Source: an uncultured delta proteobacterium
GTDB taxonomy: Bacteria > Desulfobacterota > Zymogenia > Zymogenales > Zymogenaceae
Direction of reading: 5' to 3'
NCBI GenBank assembly: GCA_963792965.1
Contig: CAWBYW010000016.1
Location: 64,001-128,000 of the forward strand
Length of the DNA stretch: 64,000 nucleotides
The notes under the pieces were generated by a model. It made no database searches. It saw only the letters and a list, made by a program, of their open reading frames with translations, and was not told where the DNA came from. The translations under genes and the position numbers were made by a program. Shown piece by piece: positions 21,605 through 32,400 of the stretch. Positions within the stretch are counted from its first letter, which is position 1; every line of letters begins with the position of its first letter.

Positions 21605-21853
21605 CTAAGTCTTCCGCGGGTTAAACCGCTCTTCATAGATCTTATCGATAAAGATGGTCTTTTCCGTATGGAGGATCGCCACGCTCCAATTACTGCCTTC
21701 GTAGATAATCTTGTGGTGTGTGGCGTACCTGTTCCTTTCGTTGGTCTGGGGCAACAACCCCTGTGACCGGATCTCGTGAAAGAACTTTTCAGTCGCTTCG
21801 GCATCAAGGTGCGAGTAGACCTTGAAACCGTCCACGACGTGGAACGTCGGCAT
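21605..21853 (-). CDS. small hypothetical protein (82 aa)
   Basis: protein-like composition, AAGAAGG RBS, AT-rich upstream region. Confidence 0.6.
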   Translation of the reverse strand: MPTFHVVDGFKVYSHLDAEATEKFFHEIRSQGLLPQTNERNRYATHHKIIYEGSNWSVAILHTEKTIFIDKIYEERFNPRKT

Positions 21854-22084
21854 AGCGCGCCTTCTTACTTTCGCTTCTATTACTATTCCTATTACATGAT
21901 TTCTTTCATTGCTGCAATAGTTTTCTCATCTTTTTCTAGCCATGCGTCTCGTGAAAACCGGTCCTTAGGCAAGGACAGGAAACATGGAACGGACAGTGTC
22001 AAAGAGCTCCCGTAACATGAGGCTCTTTCTGCTCTTCCTGAATCGGGTGACCAGGGGTCGAGCGCAAAAAAGGACAGGCCGGTT

Positions 22085-23580
22085 TCAAAATATCGGGGGA
22101 CGTCGGTCAAACCAGGGCGCCGCCTTCTCGAGCTGGGCCGCAAGGCGCAGCAGCACGTCCTCGCGCCCGAACGGCGCGGTGAAGTGCACCCCGCACGGGA
22201 GATTGTCCTCCGTCCAGTGCATCGGCACCGACATCGCCGGAAGCCCCGTGAGATTCGGCAGCTGCGTGAACGGCGTCGCGGCGAGGTTTTCAATGGCGAG
22301 CTTCTCCACGATCCCGGTGGCCTTCAGGAGCTTTCCCGCCCCGAGCCCGTTGACGATCTTCATCAGCACCACTTCCGCGGGCTTAGGCTTCAGCTCCCCG
22401 ATCTTGACCGGCGGGCGCGCCGTCGTCGGGGTCAGGTAGAGGTCGTATTTCTCAAAGAACGTCCCCATCACGCGCGCCGCCCGGTCCCACTCCCTGATAG
22501 CGGCCACAAACTCGCCCGACGAGACGGCCCTGCCCAAAAGCCCTAAGGTCCGGGTGACCAGCTCCACCTCGTGCTTGGCGGCTCGTCTGCCGTAGGTCTC
22601 CTTGATGATCTTAATGTCCGCGGCCATCTCGCCCAGATACATGATGAAATAGCCGATCGCCAGCGCCTCGAAGGCCACCGGCGGGCTCGCCTCCTCGACC
22701 GCGATGGCCGAGGCCGGAAAGGAGCTTTGCCGTCTTTTTGACGGCCGCCACGCACTCCTTGTCCACCCCCTTGCCGACGGGGGATGCGGTGTCAAAGGCG
22801 ATCCTGAGCTTGCCCGGGTCCTTCTTGATCTCCTGGCTGTAGGGCCGCTCCGGCGGCGCAATCACGTAGGGCGCACCGGGGTCGGGGCCCTCAAGCGCAT
22901 CCAGCGCCGCGGCGCTGTCGCGCACCGAGCGACTCAATACGTGCCCCACCACGGCCCCCTGCCAGAGCTCGCCCCAATCCGGGCCCGGTGGGGTTTCGCC
23001 CGCGGGAGGGCTTGAGCCCGAAGAGCGCGCAATTGGACGACGGTATGCGGATCGACCCTCCGCCGTCGCCCCCGGAGGCCATGGGCACGAAGCCCGCGGC
23101 CACCGCCGCCGCCGATCCGCCGCTCGATCCGCCCGGCGTGTGCTCGAGGTTCCAGGGGTTGCGGCACGGCCCGAAGAGGTCCGGCTCCGTATAGGCGACC
23201 AGCCCGAACTCGGGCAGGTTGGTCTTGCCGATGACGACCAGGCCCGCACGTTTGTATCGGGCCACCATCTCGCTGTCGCGCTCGGGGACGAAGTTTCGAT
23301 AGGCCCTGCATCCGCTGGTCAAAGGCACCCCGGCATAGGCATCCAGGAGGTCCTTGAGCAGAAACGGCACCCCGGTAAAAGGGCCGTCGGGGAGCTTGCC
23401 CTTGGCACTCTTTCGGCCGATGTCGTACATGGCGTGGATGACCGCGTTGATCTTCGGGTTTCCCCGCTCGATGCGAGAGATCGCCTCCTCGACCAGCTCG
23501 GCGGCCGAGACTTTCTTCTTCTTCACGAGCCCCGCCAGCCCCAGAGCGTCATATTTCTCGTACTCTTTAAAGCCGCTCAT
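22085..23580 (-). CDS. amidase-signature family amidase (frameshifts near 22990 and 22710)
   Basis: [34 protein letters not shown]; C-terminal [17 protein letters not shown]. Confidence 0.88.
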
Positions 23581-23612
23581 TTCTTTTCTCCTTGCGTTCG
23601 GAGGATTATATA

Positions 23613-24841
23613 TCAGGCCCGCTCTTTCTTTTTCTTGATCTCCAGCGCTGCTTTAAGGCCCTTTTCCCTGATCACCTTGATCTTGAGCCCCGTCTCGGTG
23701 AGCCTGAAGAACCGCTTCCCGTATTTACCGCAGCAGCCTCTTGTCTATCTCGAAGCCGAGCCCCGGCCGCGAAAAGGGCGCCAGCATCCCGTTTCCGTCC
23801 GGGATGATGGGCGCGATGATCCCCTCCCGAAATTCGGGCACCCACGAGGGCTCCTCAAGCGGGTACTCCAGCGGGAGCTTGTTGCCCCTATCTGCCAGCA
23901 CCATGTTCCAGTTGACGTAGAACCCGATGCCGTTGGTCCAGGTGTGCGGGGAGTATTCGCGTTTGCGGGCATGGCAGGCGTCGATCACCTGCTTGACCTG
24001 AGCTGATGCCGCCGGCGAACGTCGCGTCGGGCTGGTAGACATGGAAACAGTCCTTCTCGAGCATGATCTTGATCTCGTCCCAGCCGTAGTTGAGCTCGGC
24101 GCCCGCGATCTTGACCTGGCTGACCTTCTTGAGCGCGGCGTTGCCGTCATAGTCGCGGGAGTCCAGCGGCTCTTCGAGCCATCGGATCCCGTTGGCATGG
24201 CAGGCGGCCGCGAACTCTTTTGCGCGCTTAAGGTCCCAGGCCGGGATGCGGTCGACGATCGAGACGAGCCAGCCCTGGTTTGCGTCCACGCCGAGGGCAA
24301 GCCTGTCTCCGACCCCTTTCTTGATGATCTCGATATGCCGGATATCGTCTTTGAGCGTCTTGTTCTTGACCCGGAGCTTGGCCGTGCAGAACCCGCGCTC
24401 GTGCATCGCCAATAGCTCCTCGACTCGCCTTTTCGGCTCGTGCATCTCGCCGGTGGAGCAGTAGACCTCGATGGGCCGCGCCTTGCCGCCGAGCAGCTCG
24501 TAGACGGGCTTGCCCCGTGCCTTGCCGATGATGTCCCAGCAGGCGGGCTCGATCCAGAAGTTGCGCCACCCCAGGTATCCCGCCTGCTTGAGCAGGCTCT
24601 GCATCCTCTCGATATCGGTGGGGTCGGCGCCGATCAGATACCCGCCCATGAGGTCGCCCAGCCCCTCGCGCTCGCGCCCCATGGCCGACCCCGCACTGAA
24701 GCCTTCGATACCCTCGTCGGTGATGAGCCTGACGAGGGTGAAGCGGTTATGCGTCTGCGGGTAGCCGGGGATCCAGGTGGGCCAGAAGGTCTCTTTTAAG
24801 GGTACGGATACGTGGTAAAGCTCGACGGCGGTGATCTTCAT
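23613..24841 (-). CDS. mandelate racemase/muconate lactonizing (enolase superfamily) enzyme (frameshifts near 24005 and 23727)
   Basis: WDIIGKARGKPVYELLGG, KLR, VDANQG, LEEP, GAE, QPD, PHTW, PGLGFEID. Confidence 0.88.
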
Positions 24842-24921
24842 GCGCGCCTCCTCACGAAGTGCCGGGTACATGCTCGAGAGAGGGGAGGCTCCGCTCGCCG
24901 GCCCCTCCCCTCCCAGGGATG

Positions 24922-25483
24922 CTATTGATATATGATCGGTGGGTAAAAGGTATAGGACCCGGAGTCCGAAAAGCCACCCGATCCCGAGACCGACCAGTTT
25001 ATGCGCACGGCGGCCTTGATGATGCCCAGGCCGATCATCGATTTGTAGTCAAAAACGGGGACGTCTGCCCATTCCAGCGAATCGGAGCCGCCGACGTTGC
25101 CGATGAAGGCGCACCCGTGGGGCGGAAGTAAGCTCAGGACCGCGGCGTCACACGTGCAGCAGTCCGGCGATATACGAACCTTCTCGAAGAAGTTGAGGTT
25201 CGCGCCGGTCAGCACCTGGTCGCCCTTTTTCGTCTGGACGATGAGGACAAAGGAGACCTTGCCCGCGGTGATGGTCTTGTCGGACGTATTGGTGGCCTTT
25301 ATGTACCACTGGTCCTGCTTCTCCTTTCCGCACAGGACCACGTAGCCGCTACTCGAACAGGCACTGTTGAAGTATACCTCATTTGGCGTAAACTGAAGCG
25401 TGTTGCCCGAAAACGCGGGGATCGAAAAAGACAGGGTAACCAGAGGAGCCGCCAACTACGACTAATAGGCCTTTTCGTGACAT
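24922..25483 (-). CDS. exported Cys-containing hypothetical protein (indel in the signal peptide)
   Basis: GGAGG RBS before ATG 25483; body in ORF 24922..25455 has six Cys. Confidence 0.55.
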
Positions 25484-25659
25484 TTCGCTACCTCCGTATT
25501 GATCGGCACGGGGCCTTTTCGCGATATTGTATAAGAAAACCGGGCCGCGGGCAAGAAATAACCGCCCGGAGCGGTATCTTAGGGGATCGGGGGCGGATGT
25601 CGGTATGCGTGCCCGGGGGGAGAGAGCCCGGGTCGGATCGCCTCGCGATGAAGGTCCTG

Positions 25660-26237
25660 TCATTTCCTGAGGGCGAGTATCTCGTAGCGACACGTCGCGG
25701 CGCCCGTCGCCTTGCATCGGGTCTCGACCGTCCGGACTCGACAAGGCCCGCCCACGCCGCCATGCTGTCTAAAAAACCGTTCAGTATCGTGCAAATCGCC
25801 ACGTCGCTCTTGATATTGTAGCAAGTCGTGCATGCATCATTGTCATAGACGACGGTATCGCCCTCGATGAGCGCTCTGCCCCGGCCGGAGGCCATCGTGT
25901 AGAGCTCGATGGCCTTGAAAAGGCGCTCCCGTGGGGGGAGCCCGTTGAACGACTCGAATAACCCGAGGTTCGTCGCGTGCTTGGCGATGGCCTTCCCGAT
26001 AACGCGGAAGATGGCCTTGGCCCCCGGGACTCCCAACAGCTCGTAAAAGCTGACGATGATCCTGGCGTACTCTATGTCAGTGTAGGTCTTCTCAAATCCG
26101 TAGCCGGGTCTGTCCTCGATAAGGGAGGACATCATGGCGAAGTTGAGCAGCGCCTTGAGCCCGTTTGTGCCGATCACCTCTTCAGTGGCGTCCATGAGGA
26201 TCCTGACGGTGCCACTGGCAACGGTTTTTTCATCCAC
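25660..26237 (-). CDS. stand-alone V4R-domain protein (frameshift near 25738)
   Basis: EEVIGTNGLKALL, CTTC, ICTILNGFL; corrected end VETRCKATGAATCRYEI. Confidence 0.75.
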
Positions 26238-26393
26238 GTGTTCACCTCGGCATGCGGGCGGCATTAAAGATCGTACCGCAGCGTGTTTGAGGTATTCAGG
26301 TCGTCCGCGTTTCTCACGGAGCGATCATCCTACCCGTCTCCGGCTCGATCTCGTTATGACGGCTCACCCGACGACAAGATGGGTCCGTCGCGG

Positions 26394-28016
26394 TCAGAGA
26401 GACTTCCCCTCCAATCCCGCTATTTTCCCCTGTTTGGCCGTGCTCTTCTTCCCGTACATTTCTTTATCGGCCGACGTGATCAGCTCCTCGATGGAAATAT
26501 CGTCAACCAGCCAGGAGATCCCGTAGCTGATTGTCACCCCGTGTGTCTTTTCGGTTACCTTCATGTTGATCCGTTTGATGATATTTTCGGCTATCACCGG
26601 GTCTGAGTAAGGGAGGATCAGGGCGAACTCGTCGCCCCCGTAGCGGTAGCCGCTGTCCACCTCATTCCTGATGGAGCGCAGCGTTATCTCGCCGATCGCG
26701 CGCAGTATCTGGTCCCCTTTGAGATGACCGTGCAGGTCGTTGTAGGTCTTGAAGTTGTCCACATCAAAGATGACCAGGCACAACGGATAGCGCATCCTCC
26801 TTGCCCGCTCCACTTCTTCTTTGATTTTCTTCGTGAAATGGCGCTGGTTGAAGAGCCCCGTCAAGTTGTCGGTGATGGAAAGCCGTATCAGTTCGCTTTC
26901 CAGTTGCTTTCTCTCCGTGATCTCCTCATTATAGATCGCCCATCGGACCACCGTCCCGTCCGAGTCGATGACCGGATGAACGCGAATATCGAACCAGCGG
27001 CCGCTCACCTCTTCTTCGAACCGCACGGGTTCCCGACTCCTCAAGGCGATTTCTGTCCTGTCCTTCATGCTCCGGGCAAGGCCCGGCGCGAGCAGGGAGT
27101 AAATATCCTTTCCGATGAGATCCGCGGAGCTTCTCTTGAAGTCCATTGCCGCGTTATCGTTGAGAGCCGCGATCTTCCCGTCCGTCGAAAGGAGAACGGC
27201 CCGGTTCTTCGTGGCGTTCAGGAGCACCCGCTGCGTCTCTTCGTTCTGCTTGAGATTATGGAACAGCACGGCATACGGCTCGATGAGTGTCGTCTGGACA
27301 ACCGCCTTATACATAAAATAGAACGACGCGATCTTCAGCAGGTGGCCGAGCATGTTGCTAAACCCGTAGGGGCTTGTATAGAGGGTAAACAACACTTCGG
27401 AGACGACGGCCAGGCCCACAGAGATGCTCAGGAGGGAAAAAACGCTCGTATCGAAGAGCGCGCGCCTCCGAGCCAGCAGGAAGATCGAGGCCGAGAAGAA
27501 GAGGCAGATCACGTATTCGGCCACTTTCTTGAAGGGTGTCAGACCCACTCCGTCGACGAAACAAACCGGAAAGATGCCCCAGATAAAGATCGAGGAGAGA
27601 ACCAGCGTGACAACCGCGAAATAGGAGAGAAACACGATCCGGGCCCGTATTTTCCTGCCGATGTAGAAAGGAGCGATAAAGAGGGAAACGGCCTGTATCG
27701 AGCGGGCGGTGATCCACAGCTGGGTGGCGGTGTTTGCCCCAAACCCGGGCAGGACGCGCATCCCCTCGTAGGCGAGCATATGGACGAGGTCAATCAGACC
27801 GACAAAGAGAAACGCGATCCCGATGAAAAGGAAGTAAGTATTCTCCCCGATCTTCCGGGTGTTCCAGAAGACGATGAAGACGGCCCATGCGACGACGATG
27901 CTGAACATCTCCGCCAGGACGTGGAAGAGGAGGTAATTATCCCGACTTATGAGGTAAAGTCCGGCGGCGGCCGCCGTCCCCACGAGGACCCGTATGATCA
28001 GCTCATACCGTTTCAT
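26394..28016 (-). CDS. MASE3-PAS-GGDEF diguanylate cyclase
   Basis: NYLLFHVLAEMFSI, DLVHMLAYEGM, ATQLWITAR, GHLLKIAS (MASE3); PAS; RYGGDEF. Confidence 0.92.
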   Translation of the reverse strand: MKRYELIIRVLVGTAAAAGLYLISRDNYLLFHVLAEMFSIVVAWAVFIVFWNTRKIGENTYFLFIGIAFLFVGLIDLVHMLAYEGMRVLPGFGANTATQLWITARSIQAVSLFIAPFYIGRKIRARIVFLSYFAVVTLVLSSIFIWGIFPVCFVDGVGLTPFKKVAEYVICLFFSASIFLLARRRALFDTSVFSLLSISVGLAVVSEVLFTLYTSPYGFSNMLGHLLKIASFYFMYKAVVQTTLIEPYAVLFHNLKQNEETQRVLLNATKNRAVLLSTDGKIAALNDNAAMDFKRSSADLIGKDIYSLLAPGLARSMKDRTEIALRSREPVRFEEEVSGRWFDIRVHPVIDSDGTVVRWAIYNEEITERKQLESELIRLSITDNLTGLFNQRHFTKKIKEEVERARRMRYPLCLVIFDVDNFKTYNDLHGHLKGDQILRAIGEITLRSIRNEVDSGYRYGGDEFALILPYSDPVIAENIIKRINMKVTEKTHGVTISYGISWLVDDISIEELITSADKEMYGKKSTAKQGKIAGLEGKSL

Positions 28017-28081
28017 CTGCTGCGCGGGGCATAATATCCCGTTAAGAAGAGATGTTGTCAAAACTGATATGTATTTTGTCT

Positions 28082-28090
28082 ATTATAGCA
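28082..28090 (-). promoter_or_regulatory. extended -10 element upstream of the MASE3-GGDEF gene
   Basis: TGCTATAAT on the minus strand in an AT-rich tract. Confidence 0.4.
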
Positions 28091-28299
28091 AAAGTTTCAA
28101 GAAATCGAAAGAGAATCTAATCGACACGGGTAAAGATGTGGGACCGGCAACGACGTGCAACAATGGAATAGAACGGGCAACGAGGATGGGGCTCCTCATC
28201 GAGGAAGCGGTCGATACTCACGGGGCGGCCTCTCTTTCGTCCAGATTTTAGTGCCGAGACCGGTGACTACTCATGTAGTACGGCGGCCGAAAGACGGCT

Positions 28300-31200
28300 T
28301 CACTGTCCCAGCACCTGGTTCAGTATTCTCAGAAACTCATCGATCTTGAAGGGTTTCGCGATGAATTTATTACCGGTCACCTCCAGAAACGTCTGGGTCT
28401 CTTCGCTGAGGGTATCTCCGGTGATAAAGAGCATCCTCTTGGCGATACTCGGGTGTTTGTTAATAATATACGCATAGAGCTCCATTCCCCCCATACCCGG
28501 CATCTTTATATCGGTGACGATCGCGTCAAACTTTTCTTTCTCGATCAATTTGACGGCCTCTGCACCCGACGACGCCGTCTCCACGGAGCTCCCACTGTCA
28601 CAGAGAACCCGGGAAAGGAGATTCCTGAGGTATTCCTCGTCGTCTATGACGAGGATCCTTTTCCCCGCCTGACCGGTCCCCGGTAGGGTGCTCTCTTCGT
28701 TTTCCATTTCCTGGCTCCTGACAATAGGGATGGTTACCGTGAACTTCGCCCCCTTTCCGAGCTCGCTTTCCACATCTATTGTTCCCCCCTGCTCGTTGAT
28801 AATGCCGAAGGCCATGGAAAGGCCAAGTCCCGTGCCCTTGCCCACGTCTTTCGTGGTGAAGAATGGATCGAAGATTCTTTTCAGGTTTTCCTTCTTGATC
28901 CCCGGGCCGTCGTCTTCGAACTCGGTGAAAAGGACATTATCTCGGTCGTAGGTGCGAATGGTCAGCGCGCCTCCTCCCTTTTCAATGAGTGCGTCCCGGG
29001 CGTTGTTAATGATATTAGTATAGACCTGCTGGAGTAGGTACGGATCGGTATGTGTGAGCGGTATGCCGGGTGAAAGAGACAACTTCACTTCGATATTGCT
29101 CGTTTTCAAATGATACTCTCTCAGCTTATAGGATTCCAAAATGATATCGTTGATGTTTATCGTTCTCCTCTCCGAGCGATGCTCTCGGGCGAACGTCAAA
29201 AGGCCGCTGACTATCCGCGCCGCCCTGTCCGATTCTTTGTATATCACCTCCAATGCGTTGACGATATTCCGAGGGATGGTGCTATCCCTGAGCAAGAGCT
29301 CCGCGTTTCCCATAATAGCGGTCAATGGGTTATTCAGCTCATGGGCAACCCCGGAGATCATCGTTCCCAGGCCGGACAGTTTTTCCGACTGCACCAGTTG
29401 GAGCTCCAGCCTCTTCATCTGCGTGACATCCTTGACGGTTCCCTGCAGGCCGATAACGTTTCCGTCCCCGTCCCTTCTGGCCACCACCGTCAGGAGGACG
29501 TCGACCGGCGTACCGTCTTTCTTCTTGAGCCTCAGCTCGTAATTTTCCACGGACCCCTCACTCATCACCTTCTTTACGATCTTCTCCCTTTCCTCCGGGT
29601 ACGCATAAAGATCCCTCAGGTTCAGGTTCAGAATCTCTTCGTCCGAATAGCCAAAAAAGTCCCTTCCGGACCTGTTATATTCGAGGATTTTTCCGTCCAG
29701 CGAGGCGATGTAAAGGAAATCACGGGACGTCTCGAACATATTCCTGAATTTCTCCTCGGACTCCCTGAGGGCCTCCTCGGCCTTCCTGCGCTCGGAGATG
29801 TCTCGGGTGATGCCGAGAATCCCGGTCAGACCGCCCCGTTCGTCCCGCAGGGACGAAAACGTGGTCTCGGTCCAGATAGTGGAGCCGTCCTTGCACGTCT
29901 CTTCCATCTCCAGCGTCCTGGTGCGGGTAAGGTCCTTGGGTAGTTCCGCCTCGATTTTCAGCTCTTCGCCCAACACATCCAGCGCAACTATTAGGGAGCC
30001 CGGCGTCAGGGCCTCGGCCGCGGTTTGGGCGAGCGCTTCCTCTACGGTGAAGCCGCGAATGCGTGTCACCGATGGGCTGATGTAGGTAAAGTGGAGGTTC
30101 ATATCGGCGGTGAAGATAATATCGTTAGCGTTCTCGGCAAGTAAGCGATATCGCTGCTCGCTGTCCCTGAGCGCCGATTCGGCTTTTTTCCGCACGGTAA
30201 TGTCTCGCATGATCTCCATCGAGCATGAGTCTCCGTCGGGCATCTTAATCGGCGATGAATGCACCTCCAGGTATGTGCCGTCCTCAAGACGGATTTCTCT
30301 CGACAGACACCTCTTTTTTGTAACGGCCTCCGGAGCCATACAATATTCGCACGGGGCAACTATCCCATGGTAAAACTCGTGGCACTTTTTCCCTACTCCT
30401 TCCCCAAATCTCTTCTTTGCCGTCGAATTTTGAAAAATGATCGTGTAGTCCTTATCGATAATATCTATCGAATCGACCATACTGTTGATAATGGTCTCAT
30501 TGAATTCTTTCAGGTAGAGTATCTGTTCCCGCGCCCTTTTCTCCTCGGTGATGTCCTGTAAGAATCCCTCAACGTACTGGAATGCTTCCGTGGAGTCAAA
30601 TACGAGCCGTATGTGTACCCTTGCGGTGATAACGGCGCCGTCTTTTCGACGCCAGTCGGCCTCAAAGAATCCCCATCCTTTTTGTTGGGCCATCTCTTCG
30701 ATGGCCTTTACCCGATCTTCCGGGTTGGCGTAGAGATCTTTTTTGAAGTCCCTTACGGACGATATTACCTCTTCCGGTGAATCGTACCCAAGAATCCGGG
30801 CAAGAGCGCTATTGACGCGGAGGAACCTCCCATCGGGATGTGAATGAAAGATGCCGAAAGCGGCGTTTTCGAAAAGCGCCCGGTATCGTTCTTCCGACTG
30901 CCGAAGCGCCTCCTCGTTACGCCTGCGCTCTGTGATGTCTCTTCCCACTCCAAGGATCTCGACGGGGTCCCCTTTTTCATCGGATATCAACGACAACGAG
31001 ACTTCCGACCAGTAGGTCGTGCCGTCTTTTCGGAACCACTCGAGGCTGACCGTCTCCGGCAGCCTTGTCTCCCCTCCCCCGACCTTCTCTTGAGACAGCA
31101 TATCCAGGACGGCCTTAACCATCGTCTCATATGATTCAGACGTCAGGTTTTTTTCCAGCGGCAGCGCCTTGAGCTCCTCAAAGGTGTACCCCCGCGCGCG

Positions 31201-32052
31201 TTCCACGGAGGGGCTTATAAAAACAGGCTTGAGGTTCCTGTCCAAGACCCAGACGGTGTCCCTCATATGCTGCGTGATGATACGGTAGCGCTCCTCGCTT
31301 TTCCTGAAAGCCTCGTCGGCTTTTTTTCGCTCCGTCACGTCCCGCGCGATTCCGTGAACCTCGACAACCCTTCCCTTATCCCATACGAGCCGCTCCCTGG
31401 TCTCGATCGTTCTGACGCTTTTGTCCTTGTCGTATAATTGAATCTCATAAGCCCCGATCTCCTCTCCCTTCAACCGCCTCATGAAAAGCCGCACGGTATG
31501 TTCATACGATTCGGGAGTGGCCAGGTCCTTGAAATTCATGCCGACGAGCCTGTCGAGGGGCTCGCCGAGGCTCTCGCAGGCGGTCCTGTTCAGAAACTTG
31601 ATGTCGCCCCCGCCGTCCAGCACATAGATAAAATCACTGGTGTTCTCAACCACCTCCTTGTAGAGATCTCTCGCTTCTTCTACGAACCTCTTTTTTTGCA
31701 GGGCAATTTCAATAGTAGCTTTCAGCTCCGCGGATTTGAACGGCTTGAGGATATACCCGTCCGCTCCCGCGTCCTTCACCCGTTCGATCACTGTCTCTTC
31801 ATCATGGGAGGTCAGAAAAACGACCGGTATGTGGAGTTCTCTGCCGATTATTTGCGCGGCCCGGATGCCGTCCATCTCTCCGGGCATGACGATATCCATG
31901 AGGATCACGTCCGGACGTGCTTCCCTTGCACGCAGCACCGCTTCTTCCCCAGAATTTGCCCTGGCAACCACCTCATAGCCGGACGAAGCAAGGCTGTCTT
32001 CAAGCTGGGAAAGGATAAGGTTGGAATCATCTACGATGAGAATTCGCTTCAC
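28300..32052 (-). CDS. cytoplasmic hybrid histidine kinase REC-(PAS)x6-HisKA-HATPase-REC
   Basis: LMDIVMP REC, six PAS/PAC repeats, VAHELNNPL, FDPFFTTK, GTGLGL, VTDIKMP REC; no TM segment. Confidence 0.93.
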   Translation of the reverse strand: MKRILIVDDSNLILSQLEDSLASSGYEVVARANSGEEAVLRAREARPDVILMDIVMPGEMDGIRAAQIIGRELHIPVVFLTSHDEETVIERVKDAGADGYILKPFKSAELKATIEIALQKKRFVEEARDLYKEVVENTSDFIYVLDGGGDIKFLNRTACESLGEPLDRLVGMNFKDLATPESYEHTVRLFMRRLKGEEIGAYEIQLYDKDKSVRTIETRERLVWDKGRVVEVHGIARDVTERKKADEAFRKSEERYRIITQHMRDTVWVLDRNLKPVFISPSVERARGYTFEELKALPLEKNLTSESYETMVKAVLDMLSQEKVGGGETRLPETVSLEWFRKDGTTYWSEVSLSLISDEKGDPVEILGVGRDITERRRNEEALRQSEERYRALFENAAFGIFHSHPDGRFLRVNSALARILGYDSPEEVISSVRDFKKDLYANPEDRVKAIEEMAQQKGWGFFEADWRRKDGAVITARVHIRLVFDSTEAFQYVEGFLQDITEEKRAREQILYLKEFNETIINSMVDSIDIIDKDYTIIFQNSTAKKRFGEGVGKKCHEFYHGIVAPCEYCMAPEAVTKKRCLSREIRLEDGTYLEVHSSPIKMPDGDSCSMEIMRDITVRKKAESALRDSEQRYRLLAENANDIIFTADMNLHFTYISPSVTRIRGFTVEEALAQTAAEALTPGSLIVALDVLGEELKIEAELPKDLTRTRTLEMEETCKDGSTIWTETTFSSLRDERGGLTGILGITRDISERRKAEEALRESEEKFRNMFETSRDFLYIASLDGKILEYNRSGRDFFGYSDEEILNLNLRDLYAYPEEREKIVKKVMSEGSVENYELRLKKKDGTPVDVLLTVVARRDGDGNVIGLQGTVKDVTQMKRLELQLVQSEKLSGLGTMISGVAHELNNPLTAIMGNAELLLRDSTIPRNIVNALEVIYKESDRAARIVSGLLTFAREHRSERRTININDIILESYKLREYHLKTSNIEVKLSLSPGIPLTHTDPYLLQQVYTNIINNARDALIEKGGGALTIRTYDRDNVLFTEFEDDGPGIKKENLKRIFDPFFTTKDVGKGTGLGLSMAFGIINEQGGTIDVESELGKGAKFTVTIPIVRSQEMENEESTLPGTGQAGKRILVIDDEEYLRNLLSRVLCDSGSSVETASSGAEAVKLIEKEKFDAIVTDIKMPGMGGMELYAYIINKHPSIAKRMLFITGDTLSEETQTFLEVTGNKFIAKPFKIDEFLRILNQVLGQ

Positions 32053-32400
32053 TCAAAACCTCTTGCAAGACGTGATACCGTACGCATATCATACTATATC
32101 AGAATTCCAGAAAGTATCAATCTGCATATTCCGAAGATCTGATCGGGCTCGATATCCTGTCGGTCTCAGAAAATTTCCAGGCGACGTAGTCCGGATGAGA
32201 GTATTGACATCAGCATAGGCACCGCTCAAGAAGATTCGTGCATATCAGCCGGGGAGCGAGAGTGTTCGGGAAGGTATTTTCAGTGGAAGCTCGGACGCTT
32301 TAAACCCCGGGGAACCAGGGGAACTCGGTTAAAGTTCTCGAGAGCCCTCCTTATGTTCACCCGCGGATTACGGAAAGGATACCGATCCGTTCTATTGACG

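Noticed and set aside
28140-28165. sigma54-like TTGCAC-N4-TTGC on the minus strand
   Set aside because: Lacks the invariant GG at -24, and a sigma70-type extended -10 lies closer to the gene.
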